Shown here one piece after another: positions 10,028 to 18,934 of a stretch of DNA of 41,051 bases. Position numbers and translations under genes: made by a program. Source of the stretch: Planctomycetota bacterium (lineage in GTDB: Bacteria; Planctomycetota; Planctomycetia; JALXBF01); NCBI GenBank assembly GCA_026991575.1, contig JALXBF010000138.1:75099-116149 (forward strand), read 5' to 3'. The notes beneath the pieces are model-generated. The model did not search any database, was not told the origin of the DNA, and worked only from the letters and a program-made list of their open reading frames with translations. Position 1 is the first letter of the stretch, and every line of letters starts with the position of its first letter.

Positions 10028-11413
10028 ATGGCCACAAGAAACTGCCCACGGTGTGACAACCCGCTGCCGCAGTCGGCACTGAAGCCGGGCCAGCGCTTCC
10101 GCTGCCCGAAGTGCCGCGCGCGGTTGCGAGTCAAGGCTCGCCGTGGGGCCAGTACCCAATCGGTCAGCGCAACCAGCGACGGTGGCAGCGTGGAGCGGAA
10201 TGGTTCCCCTGTTGCGCCATCGGCGGCCGACACGAGTGAGGTTGCCGAGGCCAGTCGTAGCACAACGGGCCCGGTGCCTGAGCCAATGCGCCGGTTGCCC
10301 AAGGTAGGGCCCTATCGGCTCATCGCCGAACTTGGCCGCGGTGGTATGGGCGTGGTATACAAGGCGTACCATGAGCCCACGGGGGAGATCCGCGCGCTGA
10401 AGGTGTTGCGGGGCGAAGCGGCCCGCAGCAAGAAGGTGATCGCTCGCTTCGAGCGTGAGGCTGCCGCCGCCAGCTCGATTCGACACCCCCACATCGTGCG
10501 CGTTTACGAGTTTGCGCGGGATCCAGCACGGAAGTGCTACTACATGGCCATGGAATACCTCGAGGGAGGTTCCGTGTCGAAACTGATTCGGAGCCATGGC
10601 AGGATCCCGTGGCCGCGAGTTGTTCAGATTGCCAAGCAGGTCGCCAGCGCCCTGGAAGAACTGCAACGCCGTGGCCTGGTCCACCGCGACGTGAAGCCCT
10701 CCAACCTGCTGCTCGACAAGCACGGCAACGTGAAGCTGGCCGACATGGGCCTAGTGCGCCACGAGGCTGGCGAAGAGGACCATCAGCTGACCACCACCGG
10801 TGCCGTCATGGGCACGCTCGACTACATGGCGCCCGAGCAGATCGTTGACCCGCGTAACACCGACATCCGGTCGGATCTCTACGCCTTAGGTTGTACCCTA
10901 TTCCACATGCTCACAGGCCAGCCCCCCTTTCCGGAGGGGAATGCCTACCAGAAGATTCAGCAACACCTGTCGCATCCTCTACCGGAAATCGGCCCGCTCG
11001 TGCCCGACGTGGCCTCCCCCCTGGCACTCATCCTCAACCGACTTACCGCTAAGGATCCGGCCGAGCGGTTCCAGACCCCCGCTCAATTGATCGCTGCCCT
11101 GGAGACGCTCGAAAAGGAAATGCGCCTTGATCCAAGCAGCGGATCGGTAGCTGTGCCTGAGGAGCTTCGCAACGTGGTCGCACAGGCAGCCGAACAGCCG
11201 ACTGCTGCGCAACGCAGGCAGCGGTGGCGCGACTACGTCGTGCCCTGCCTGATCACCGCCGTCATCGCCCTCGCTGCACTTGCCATTCTCGCGGTCGTCT
11301 CTGGCGGCCAACACGGCACCGGCGACGGGGGGGCCAAGCAGAACAGCACGCCGCCGACGCCCGAACCGACGCACCACGAGGTGCGGTTGCCCAGGGCACC
11401 GTTCAGCCGCTAG
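10028..11413 (+). CDS. Hanks-type Ser/Thr protein kinase with N-terminal zinc ribbon and C-terminal TM helix
   Basis: CPRC..CPKC, then LGRGGMGVVY, RALK, RFEREA, HRDVKPSN, DMG, GTLDYMAPE, SDLYALG. TM VVPCLITAVIALAALAILAVV. Confidence 0.93.
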   Translation: MATRNCPRCDNPLPQSALKPGQRFRCPKCRARLRVKARRGASTQSVSATSDGGSVERNGSPVAPSAADTSEVAEASRSTTGPVPEPMRRLPKVGPYRLIAELGRGGMGVVYKAYHEPTGEIRALKVLRGEAARSKKVIARFEREAAAASSIRHPHIVRVYEFARDPARKCYYMAMEYLEGGSVSKLIRSHGRIPWPRVVQIAKQVASALEELQRRGLVHRDVKPSNLLLDKHGNVKLADMGLVRHEAGEEDHQLTTTGAVMGTLDYMAPEQIVDPRNTDIRSDLYALGCTLFHMLTGQPPFPEGNAYQKIQQHLSHPLPEIGPLVPDVASPLALILNRLTAKDPAERFQTPAQLIAALETLEKEMRLDPSSGSVAVPEELRNVVAQAAEQPTAAQRRQRWRDYVVPCLITAVIALAALAILAVVSGGQHGTGDGGAKQNSTPPTPEPTHHEVRLPRAPFSR

Positions 11414-11529
11414 CGGGTATCGTCCAGGATCCAGCGAACCACCCAGACAATGATCAGAACTACCAGCAGCAGGCCCCAGGTGAGGAAGGCCAAATGTCGC
11501 GGCTTCAGGCTTAACGCCAACAGCTCCAT
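11410..11529 (-). CDS. Small single-TM membrane protein (39 aa), not in the ORF track
   Basis: Manual translation MELLALSLKPRHLAFLTWGLLLVVLIIVWVVRWILDDTR*. SD CAGGAG 5 nt upstream. Starts 54 nt after the ATPase stop. Confidence 0.65.
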   Translation of the reverse strand: MELLALSLKPRHLAFLTWGLLLVVLIIVWVVRWILDDTR

Positions 11530-11583
11530 CACTGCTCCTGCCGTCACAGCCAGCCCGAGCAACGCGGCGTTTCGCTGCTGCAG

Positions 11584-13803
11584 TTACCGTACCCGCCTCA
11601 GCCGCAGCGCATTGCTGACGACCGTCACCGAGCTCAGTGCCATGGCAAGTCCTGCCAAAGCCACCGGAACGTAGCCGAACGCAGCTCCCGGGATGAGCAA
11701 CGCGTTGTACGCGAACGCCCAGAACAGGTTCTGAGCGATGATCCGCCGTGCTTTTCGAATCAATCGGAAGCAGGCAAGCACCGGCTCCAGCCCGCGTTTC
11801 AGGACGACCACATCACCCGCTTCCCGCGCAATGTCCGACGCCTCCGCCACAGCTACGCCGACGTCGGCTGCAGCAAGGGCCGGAGCGTCATTAATACCGT
11901 CACCCACCACCGCCAACTGGCGTCCTTCCTTCCGCAAGGATTCGACCCAGGCCGCCTTCTCGTTCGGGGTCATGCCACCACGAGCGTGGTCCTCAGCGAT
12001 GCCAAGCTGCCGAGCAACCTGGCGTACGACCTCAGGGCGATCCCCCGAAGCAATGTAGAGCTCGTAGCCCATCCGCCGGAGTTGCTCGACGGCGCGCGGC
12101 GCCTCGGGGCGCAGCGGATCTTCGAGCAAGAATACCGCCAGCGGCTCCCCATCCAACGCCAGCCAGACCTCCGTGAGCCCGCTGGGCGCTGCGGCGAACG
12201 ATGGCGCCGCGCGGTCGCGGAGCACGAAGGCCCGGCTGCCGAGCTTCACCAGCCGGCCGCCAACCCTCGCCGAGACCCCCTTGCCCGGAAAGTTGATCAG
12301 ATGCTCGGCGCCCGCAGCGTTCGGCTCGACACCCCGCCGGCGGGCGTACGCCACGATGGCCGACGCCAGCGGATGGTTCGCTGCTGCCGCGACAGCCGCC
12401 GCCGACGCAAGCAGCGTGGCCTCGTCCCCCGCCGCGCGCATCTCAACAACCTGCGGCCGCCCCACCGTCAGTGTGCCGGTCTTGTCCAGCACGATGGCCC
12501 GCACGGCGCGCTCCAGCACCGACGGATTCCGTAGCAGGATGCCTAGCTCTGCGCCACGACCGGCGGCTACCTGTACCGCCACCGGTGTTGCCAGCCCCAG
12601 CGCACATGGGCACGCAACCAATAACACGGACCCGGCTGCCAGCAGAGCACGTTCCCAACCGGCAGACCCGACGATCAGGTGCCCGGCCAACGCAGTCAAC
12701 GCGATCGCTAATGTCACCGGTACGAAAATGCCGCTGATGCGATCGGCCATCCGCTCAATCTGGCTCTTGCGCGTCAGCGCTTCCTCAACGGTCTGGGCCA
12801 CTTGATAGATAACCGTCTCGGCACCCACTCGTCGCGTGCGGACGACGATGGCGCCGTCCACGTTCACCGTGCCGGCCAGCACCTGCGAGCCCGGCGCCAC
12901 GGCACGTGGTACCGGCTCCCCGGTAAGCAAAGCCTCCTGGACAGTCGACTGCCCCTCGACTACCTCGCCGTCCACCGGCACCTGTTCGCCCGGTCGGACC
13001 AGCACAAGGTCCCCCGGCTGGAGTTCGAACACCGACACCTCATGTGTCCGACGCCCTTCGTCGAGCCGCAGGGCCGTTTGCGGTGTCAGTTGCAGCAGGT
13101 GCTCGACCGCCTCGCCGGCCCGCAGCGTGGCACGGGCCTCTAGCCAGCGGCCGAAGGCAATCACCGTCAGCAGCAGGCACTGCTCGACAAGGTGTCCCAG
13201 CCCGGCCGGGATGGCTGCATTGCTCAGCATGAACCGGACCGCATGCCAGCTTCCCACGGCAAAGGCCACGCTGGTGCCCAGCGCTACCAGCGTGTCCATG
13301 TTCGCGCGGCGGCGGCGGAGCTGCGCGAACGCACCGCGATAGAACGGCAGCGCAACGTACGCCTGGGCAACTGCCGCGCACGTCAGTGCGAGCGCTACAG
13401 GCCAGATCCCGGTAACGAAGAAACGGCTGGCTACCAAGCACCCGACCACGACAGCCAACAGGGCTGCACCAGTGACGGTGCGCCGCGACCAGGTGCCGGC
13501 CTCCCTGAGGAGCGCGTCCCGGGCGCTGCGGCGCAGTCCATCCGCCACTCGTGCCCGATAGCCAGCTGCCTCCACGGCTCGCACCAACGCCTCGGCAGCC
13601 ACTGGCTTCTGCAGCCGCACGTTCGCCGCACGCGCTGCCAGACTGACGGTAACGTCTTCCACCCCCGGCACATCCCGCAGTGCCCGTTCAATGCGAGCCA
13701 CGCAGCTTGCGCAGTGCATCCCTTCGACGGCTAGGTGCACTTCACGCTCGGCTACCACCGCGGCTGAGTCGGTTTCGTGCCCGTGGCTGGATGTGTCACG
13801 CAT
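11584..13803 (-). CDS. Heavy-metal (Cu+) translocating P1B-type ATPase, CopA/CcoI-like
   Basis: HMA domain GMHCASC, NMDTLVALG, TGE, CPCALGLATP, DKTGT, HP, GDGINDAPAL, YN and MALSS (P1B-1 Cu+ signature). ATG 13803 follows GGAG. Confidence 0.92.
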   Translation of the reverse strand: MRDTSSHGHETDSAAVVAEREVHLAVEGMHCASCVARIERALRDVPGVEDVTVSLAARAANVRLQKPVAAEALVRAVEAAGYRARVADGLRRSARDALLREAGTWSRRTVTGAALLAVVVGCLVASRFFVTGIWPVALALTCAAVAQAYVALPFYRGAFAQLRRRRANMDTLVALGTSVAFAVGSWHAVRFMLSNAAIPAGLGHLVEQCLLLTVIAFGRWLEARATLRAGEAVEHLLQLTPQTALRLDEGRRTHEVSVFELQPGDLVLVRPGEQVPVDGEVVEGQSTVQEALLTGEPVPRAVAPGSQVLAGTVNVDGAIVVRTRRVGAETVIYQVAQTVEEALTRKSQIERMADRISGIFVPVTLAIALTALAGHLIVGSAGWERALLAAGSVLLVACPCALGLATPVAVQVAAGRGAELGILLRNPSVLERAVRAIVLDKTGTLTVGRPQVVEMRAAGDEATLLASAAAVAAAANHPLASAIVAYARRRGVEPNAAGAEHLINFPGKGVSARVGGRLVKLGSRAFVLRDRAAPSFAAAPSGLTEVWLALDGEPLAVFLLEDPLRPEAPRAVEQLRRMGYELYIASGDRPEVVRQVARQLGIAEDHARGGMTPNEKAAWVESLRKEGRQLAVVGDGINDAPALAAADVGVAVAEASDIAREAGDVVVLKRGLEPVLACFRLIRKARRIIAQNLFWAFAYNALLIPGAAFGYVPVALAGLAMALSSVTVVSNALRLRRVR

Positions 13804-14051
13804 TCGTCGTCTCCATACTCGGGAGTGGGACGCAAGCCCTTGCCGCACATGAAGTCTATCGCGACTTGCCCCCATGACGTCGCTGGCCCAGATGCGGTGG
13901 GCCCTGGACAAGAGCGTGCGAAGACTCTATCCTGCCAGTGTCTGTGACGTGGGCAAACGGCTCGGGGTGCGCGGGCAGCACATCCGGGGGCCGAGCGAGT
14001 ATGAGCCCGAAGCACCCAAGTGCCCCACTTGGGGTTCAGGGAGAGCAGGCC

Positions 14052-16307
14052 ATGAGAACGCATGCCTGGTCACGTGCCCTCATGCACGGTGCACTTGCCC
14101 TGCTGGCTGCTGTTGCGACGCTTGCGGCGCTCAGCGGCCTGGCCCGCGGTGCCAAGGAGGCGGGGGGCCCGGATCCGGAGAAGATACAGGAAGCCATTCG
14201 CCGGGGTATCCACTACTTGCGCGCCCAACAACAGGACGACGGTAGTTGGCGGTTTATCCGCGAGGTTCGCAAGAAGAACAAGAAAGAGGTTGAACGGCGG
14301 CACGACGCGGTCTACGACACCGGGCTAACTGCTCTAGCCGCCCTTGCCATGCTTGAGAACGGCGTGCCAGCCAGCGACCCGGCAATCCGCAAGGCTTACC
14401 GGTACGTCCGGCAAAAGGCTCCTCGCGAGACCAGGACCTACAATCTGGCCCTTTCGATCGTGCTTCTAGAACACCTCGGCAACGCCCGCGACCGCGTCCT
14501 CGTCCAGCAGATGGCCTACCGGTTGCTGGCCGGCCAACTGGACAGCGGCGGCTGGACATATGTCTGCCCCGTGAACCAGCGCCTGGAGCGGGACCCACGT
14601 GAGATCGCTCGCGCCAAGCGGCGTAAAGGCATCGGCGACAACTCGAACACTCAGTTCGCAGTGCTTGGTCTGTGGACAGCTCAGCGGATGCGGGCCTCGG
14701 TCCGCAGCGGATTCGAGCTGGTGGAGCAGCGTTTCCGAAACTCGCAGGCTCCCAAAGGGGGGTGGGACTACAAGAGTACTGGTGAATCGGACACCGCGAC
14801 CATGACGGCTGCCGGCTGCTTCGTGCTTGCCGTCACCTACGTTGCCCGCCAGCAGGCGGAGCTAGAAGGAGCCAGCGAGCCGCAAAGCGGGTTGGCCGGT
14901 CTGATGAAGGACGAAGTCTTTAAGAAGGCGTACGATCGCGTTGCCCAGTTTGCCCGTGGCATTCACCCACGCACCTCGCCATACCTGCTCTGGTCTATTG
15001 AGCGACTGGCCGTCGTGTTGGGAAGCCCGAAGCTGGGGGATGTCGACTGGTATGCGAAGGGGGCGGCCGCGCTGCTGGCTTCTCAGGACAGTGACGGAGC
15101 GTGGCGGATTTCGCACAAGGGGGTTGCAGACACCGCGCTGGCGCTGCTGTTCCTGAGCCGTGGTAACCTGGCCCGCGACCTGAGCTACGCTCTCCAAGGT
15201 GACCCGAACAAGCCATTCATGCGGATCCCCCGCAAAGGCAAGCCGGAGAGCTTCAAGGAATTCGGTGAGCTGGCCAGGCGGCTGCAAGACGGGGACATCG
15301 TCGAAATCCAGGGCAACGGACCGTTCGCGATCGCGGGCCAGGTGCTTAAGGCACGCGGTCTGACGATCCGAGCCGGCAAAGGCTATCGGCCGGTCATTGT
15401 GCGACGCGAGGACCCGCTGGACCATCCGGACTTCGTGCCCGAGATGCGCGCGATGTTCGTGGTCCGCGGCGGCCCTGTGGCGTTCGAAGGCCTCGAGTTC
15501 CGGGTCGATCCGGAATCGCCGGCCAAGCTGCCGTATTCGGCGATTGCCGTGGAAGCCGGCCAGGCCTTCATCACGCACTGCCGGTTTGGCAGTGAGCAGA
15601 AAGAGAACGTCATCGGGCTGGAGCTGACCGGCAGCGCTGCCGCGTCGCTTCAGGACAGCTTCTTCCTGGGCTTCGACCCTAGCATCCTGCTGCGCGACAT
15701 CGAGAACGCGCAGCTGGAGCTGTCCAACTGCTTGATCTTTGGCCGCACCGGCATTGCCGTTCGAACCGAAGAGGTCACCGCACGCTGTGCCATCCGCTTC
15801 GAGCACTGCACCGTGCACGTGGCTGACTCGGTCGTCGACTTCGGCGACTACTGGGGCGTTGCGTCGGTTGATGCAACCTGGAACGTGTTCCGCGCCGAGT
15901 GGCTCAGCAGGCGGTACCGGCCCACCGGGCTGCGGGTGCCGAGGCGATGGCGCGGTGAGGGCAACGCTTACGATGTTTTCCGCTGGGTGGGCGTGGAAGG
16001 ACGGGGCATCCGTGGCGTGCGCGATATGGAATCGTGGCGAAGGTACTGCCAGGGAGAGGACAATGAGAAGTATTCAGCCCGCGTCGAAGCGCGGTTCGTT
16101 ACCACACGCCTGCCTGCCGTTTTCCGGTACGAGATCCGACCGACCGATTGGGAGCTCAAGGAGCCGCGCCTCTTACCCGATGCCCCGGCCGATCTGACCG
16201 TCGGCTGCGATGTGTTCCGCATCGGACCGGGGCCATCCTATGAGCGGTTTCGCCTCGGGCAGCGCTACAGCCGCTGGCGCGCCCAAGTCGCGCATCGGCG
16301 GCCCTGA
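14052..16307 (+). CDS. Exported prenyltransferase/squalene-oxidase-repeat (QW-motif alpha/alpha barrel) protein with C-terminal beta-rich, probably beta-helix, domain
   Basis: Signal peptide. QW repeats QQQDDGSW, GQLDSGGW, SQAPKGGW, SQDSDGAW and GDNSNTQFAVLGLW. C-half has beta-helix-like strands (DGDIVEIQGNGPF, LTIRA, ITHCRF, LSNCLI, FEHCTV). Confidence 0.75.
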   Translation: MRTHAWSRALMHGALALLAAVATLAALSGLARGAKEAGGPDPEKIQEAIRRGIHYLRAQQQDDGSWRFIREVRKKNKKEVERRHDAVYDTGLTALAALAMLENGVPASDPAIRKAYRYVRQKAPRETRTYNLALSIVLLEHLGNARDRVLVQQMAYRLLAGQLDSGGWTYVCPVNQRLERDPREIARAKRRKGIGDNSNTQFAVLGLWTAQRMRASVRSGFELVEQRFRNSQAPKGGWDYKSTGESDTATMTAAGCFVLAVTYVARQQAELEGASEPQSGLAGLMKDEVFKKAYDRVAQFARGIHPRTSPYLLWSIERLAVVLGSPKLGDVDWYAKGAAALLASQDSDGAWRISHKGVADTALALLFLSRGNLARDLSYALQGDPNKPFMRIPRKGKPESFKEFGELARRLQDGDIVEIQGNGPFAIAGQVLKARGLTIRAGKGYRPVIVRREDPLDHPDFVPEMRAMFVVRGGPVAFEGLEFRVDPESPAKLPYSAIAVEAGQAFITHCRFGSEQKENVIGLELTGSAAASLQDSFFLGFDPSILLRDIENAQLELSNCLIFGRTGIAVRTEEVTARCAIRFEHCTVHVADSVVDFGDYWGVASVDATWNVFRAEWLSRRYRPTGLRVPRRWRGEGNAYDVFRWVGVEGRGIRGVRDMESWRRYCQGEDNEKYSARVEARFVTTRLPAVFRYEIRPTDWELKEPRLLPDAPADLTVGCDVFRIGPGPSYERFRLGQRYSRWRAQVAHRRP

Positions 16308-16477
16308 TCGATCCCCTGTGGGCCCGTACTCCCTGCACGCCACGTGCTGGCAGAGCAACCTCTTTGTCGCCCGGCCCAGGCCTGGCCAGTCGCTCCGCAG
16401 CGTTCCACGGCGCGCTGCAGTAGTCCGGAACGCCCGGTCAGTCCTCCGGCCTGCTGCCACGCCGGCGGCCGCGCTAC

Positions 16478-17758
16478 CTAGTTCCGCTCGATGGCACGAA
16501 TCCAGATATTGCGGTACTCGAACGGGCCCGCGGCCAGTGCCACCGGACCGGTAGACTTCTCCAACCGCTCGCCCACTTGTGGCCCGACCGGTACGCGATC
16601 ACGGATCAGTACGCCGTTATGCAGCACCGTGATCCGGCCTCTCTTGAGCACCCGTCCGTCAGCTCCCACGCGAGGGGCGCGAAACACAATGTCGTAACTC
16701 TGCCACTGGCCAGGATCGCGCGGTGCCAGCGCAACCGTGCCATTGTCCAGGTGCCTCAGCCAGATGTTGCGGAACTGCACCAGGTTGCCGTGGTCCTGCA
16801 GCATCAACGGACCGGCCTGGCAGACGTTGTGGTCCAGTGCGCCGCCGGTTGGTCCACGCAGCGCCACATCGTCGTGCACAAGCACGCCGTTGTGAAACAC
16901 CGTCATCCGCCCCTGTGCCCGTACGTTCCCGCGATCATCACACTCCGGCGCGGTGAACAGAATGTCGTACGTTTGCCACTGACGCGGAGGCCGGCAGGCA
17001 TTGACCAAAGGCGGGTACTGGCCGTAGATCGCCGCGCACTGCCCGGTGAAATAGGTGCGATTCTTGTACGAATCGAGTACCTGAATCTCGTAGCGCCCCT
17101 GCACGTAGACCCCGCTGTTGCCACGTCCCTGACCGCGAGCTCTCGGCATGTACGGGGTTGCGAACTCAACGTGAAGCTGAACGCTGCCGAACTGCGTCTT
17201 GGTGATGATGTTGCCGCTGCCCGGCCGACAGCGGAGCACGCCGTCAACAAGTTGCCACTGGGCCGGTCGACCATCCGGATGAATCCACTCACTGAGCGTC
17301 GTTCCGTCGAAGAGCGCTACGGCGTCGGCTGGTGGAGCAGTGTCGTCCCTGCCAGGCTTGACCACCTTCCCAGCTCCAGAACCGGGCACTTCGTAGCGAC
17401 CGTGTAACCAGACCGGTGCGTGAGTTGCTGACCCGTCCAGTGCGCGGAACTCCACATGAAGCTGCACGTCGCCGAAGGCAACGCGGCTAACCAGCCGCTC
17501 GCCATCCCTGGGAGCACGCAACACGGCTCCGTCAATCTCCCAGCCATCGCGTGGCTGCCAGGCGTCCAGCGACGGATCTTTCCGATCAAGCAGGACGGTG
17601 GCATCGGACGGCGGGCCACCGGGCGGACCAGGATCCACGTACGGCGGCTCTTTCGCACCCTGGGCCAGCGCGCAGCCAGCCAAAATCATCAGGCCGCAGG
17701 CTAGTTCCCCGCAAATCACCACCAGATTCGCCGCTCGGTGCCAGATGCCTCTGCGCAT
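16478..17758 (-). CDS. Exported DUF1080 (3-keto-disaccharide hydrolase family) protein, one intact domain inserted within a degenerate one
   Basis: PPADAVALFDG, LHVEF, GNSGVY, RYEIQVLDS, WQTYDILF, LQDHGN, FRNIW. ATG 17758 follows GGAGG and an N-terminal signal-like segment follows. Confidence 0.85.
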   Translation of the reverse strand: MRRGIWHRAANLVVICGELACGLMILAGCALAQGAKEPPYVDPGPPGGPPSDATVLLDRKDPSLDAWQPRDGWEIDGAVLRAPRDGERLVSRVAFGDVQLHVEFRALDGSATHAPVWLHGRYEVPGSGAGKVVKPGRDDTAPPADAVALFDGTTLSEWIHPDGRPAQWQLVDGVLRCRPGSGNIITKTQFGSVQLHVEFATPYMPRARGQGRGNSGVYVQGRYEIQVLDSYKNRTYFTGQCAAIYGQYPPLVNACRPPRQWQTYDILFTAPECDDRGNVRAQGRMTVFHNGVLVHDDVALRGPTGGALDHNVCQAGPLMLQDHGNLVQFRNIWLRHLDNGTVALAPRDPGQWQSYDIVFRAPRVGADGRVLKRGRITVLHNGVLIRDRVPVGPQVGERLEKSTGPVALAAGPFEYRNIWIRAIERN

Positions 17759-17905
17759 CACAACTGCCTCCGGTTCGTCAAAAGGGGACAAACCCATTGT
17801 AACCCCGACTGACGTTGTCCCTGCGACATGTTCGAACGCGTGAGGCACCTGACCCCCCTTGCACATACCGACGGCCGGCGGGCGGAATAGTCTCCCAGGG
17901 GCCGA

Positions 17906-18934
17906 CTAAGCCGACGCTCTCAGTTGTTCGGCTGCCTGAGGCGCACCGTAGTCGCGTGGGGCCTGTATCGGACGCGGCAACGACGTGGCATCGCGCAGTA
18001 GGGCCTCGTCCAGGAAGGCGTCGCCCCCATCGCGCCGTTTCGCGCGCGCGCATCGACGCACCGCCTCCAGCCACGCCCGCAGCGTCGGCCATTGGCCGAC
18101 GACCAGAGCTGCGGTGAGTCGTAGCGCGGTGCAGGGGACGTAGCGGCACCAGAAGAGACGGCCGCAGGCATTGCGCAGCATGAACAGATGCGCGTTCCTG
18201 ATGGTCAGGTACTGGAGCTGTCCCCGGTGGTACGCTGCCCGGAATGCCTCGCTGCCGCCGTGATGCACTACGGCGCGCGGCTCGAATAGCGTCGGCCAGC
18301 CCCGCGCCCGCGCTGCCAGGCACAACTCCAGATCTTCATACCGACCTGGAAAGTAGGCGTCACGGTAACCGGACAGAGCCAGGAAGCGGTCCCGCCGGAC
18401 GGCGAGCACAACGCCGGAGGAAACCGTTTCCACAGGTGCATGTTGCAACGGTGGCACCGTGTGCTCGGTTCCCACCAGACCCCACCGAGGACGCAACCGC
18501 GAGCAGCAGCCTTCGTATTCACCGGTCGCCGCGGTGCGCACCAGTGGCCCTACGGCGAAGGCGTCCTGGTGACGAGCCAACGTGCTGACCAGGTGGACGA
18601 AAGCCGTCTGCTCCGGCGCGACGTCGTTATTGCACAGGATCAAGACCGGCTGCGGTACAGAACGAGCTACCGACGCAAAAGAGGCAAGCCCTCGGTTCGG
18701 CCCACGCCATAGGCCTACTCGTGGGTAGCGGCGGGCGAGCCAGTCCGCTGCGGCCGATTCAACTGAGTTATCGACAACCGATACGACGGCCTGTCCTGGG
18801 CCGAGTCGGTCGGCAGCACGCACGACAGCGGGCAGGTAGCGATGCAGCAGTCGTGTGCCACCGTAGTTCAGCACGAGCACGTGGCAGTGCTCATTGCCGC
18901 GGTCTGTTCGGCGTAACCATCGGCCTTGTGCCAT
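17906..18934 (-). CDS. Family 2 glycosyltransferase (WbbL/rhamnosyltransferase-like)
   Basis: VLVLNYGG, VVDNS, NRGLA, LCNNDV, GRYEDLELC, VVHHGGS. Only the C-terminal 342 aa of the 603-aa ORF-track entry are protein-like. Confidence 0.82.
   Translation of the reverse strand: MAQGRWLRRTDRGNEHCHVLVLNYGGTRLLHRYLPAVVRAADRLGPGQAVVSVVDNSVESAAADWLARRYPRVGLWRGPNRGLASFASVARSVPQPVLILCNNDVAPEQTAFVHLVSTLARHQDAFAVGPLVRTAATGEYEGCCSRLRPRWGLVGTEHTVPPLQHAPVETVSSGVVLAVRRDRFLALSGYRDAYFPGRYEDLELCLAARARGWPTLFEPRAVVHHGGSEAFRAAYHRGQLQYLTIRNAHLFMLRNACGRLFWCRYVPCTALRLTAALVVGQWPTLRAWLEAVRRCARAKRRDGGDAFLDEALLRDATSLPRPIQAPRDYGAPQAAEQLRASA

Noticed and set aside
14052..15250. Squalene-hopene or oxidosqualene cyclase call for the QW-repeat protein
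   Set aside because: No DxDD/DCTAE catalytic motif, only one barrel, and a signal peptide is present.
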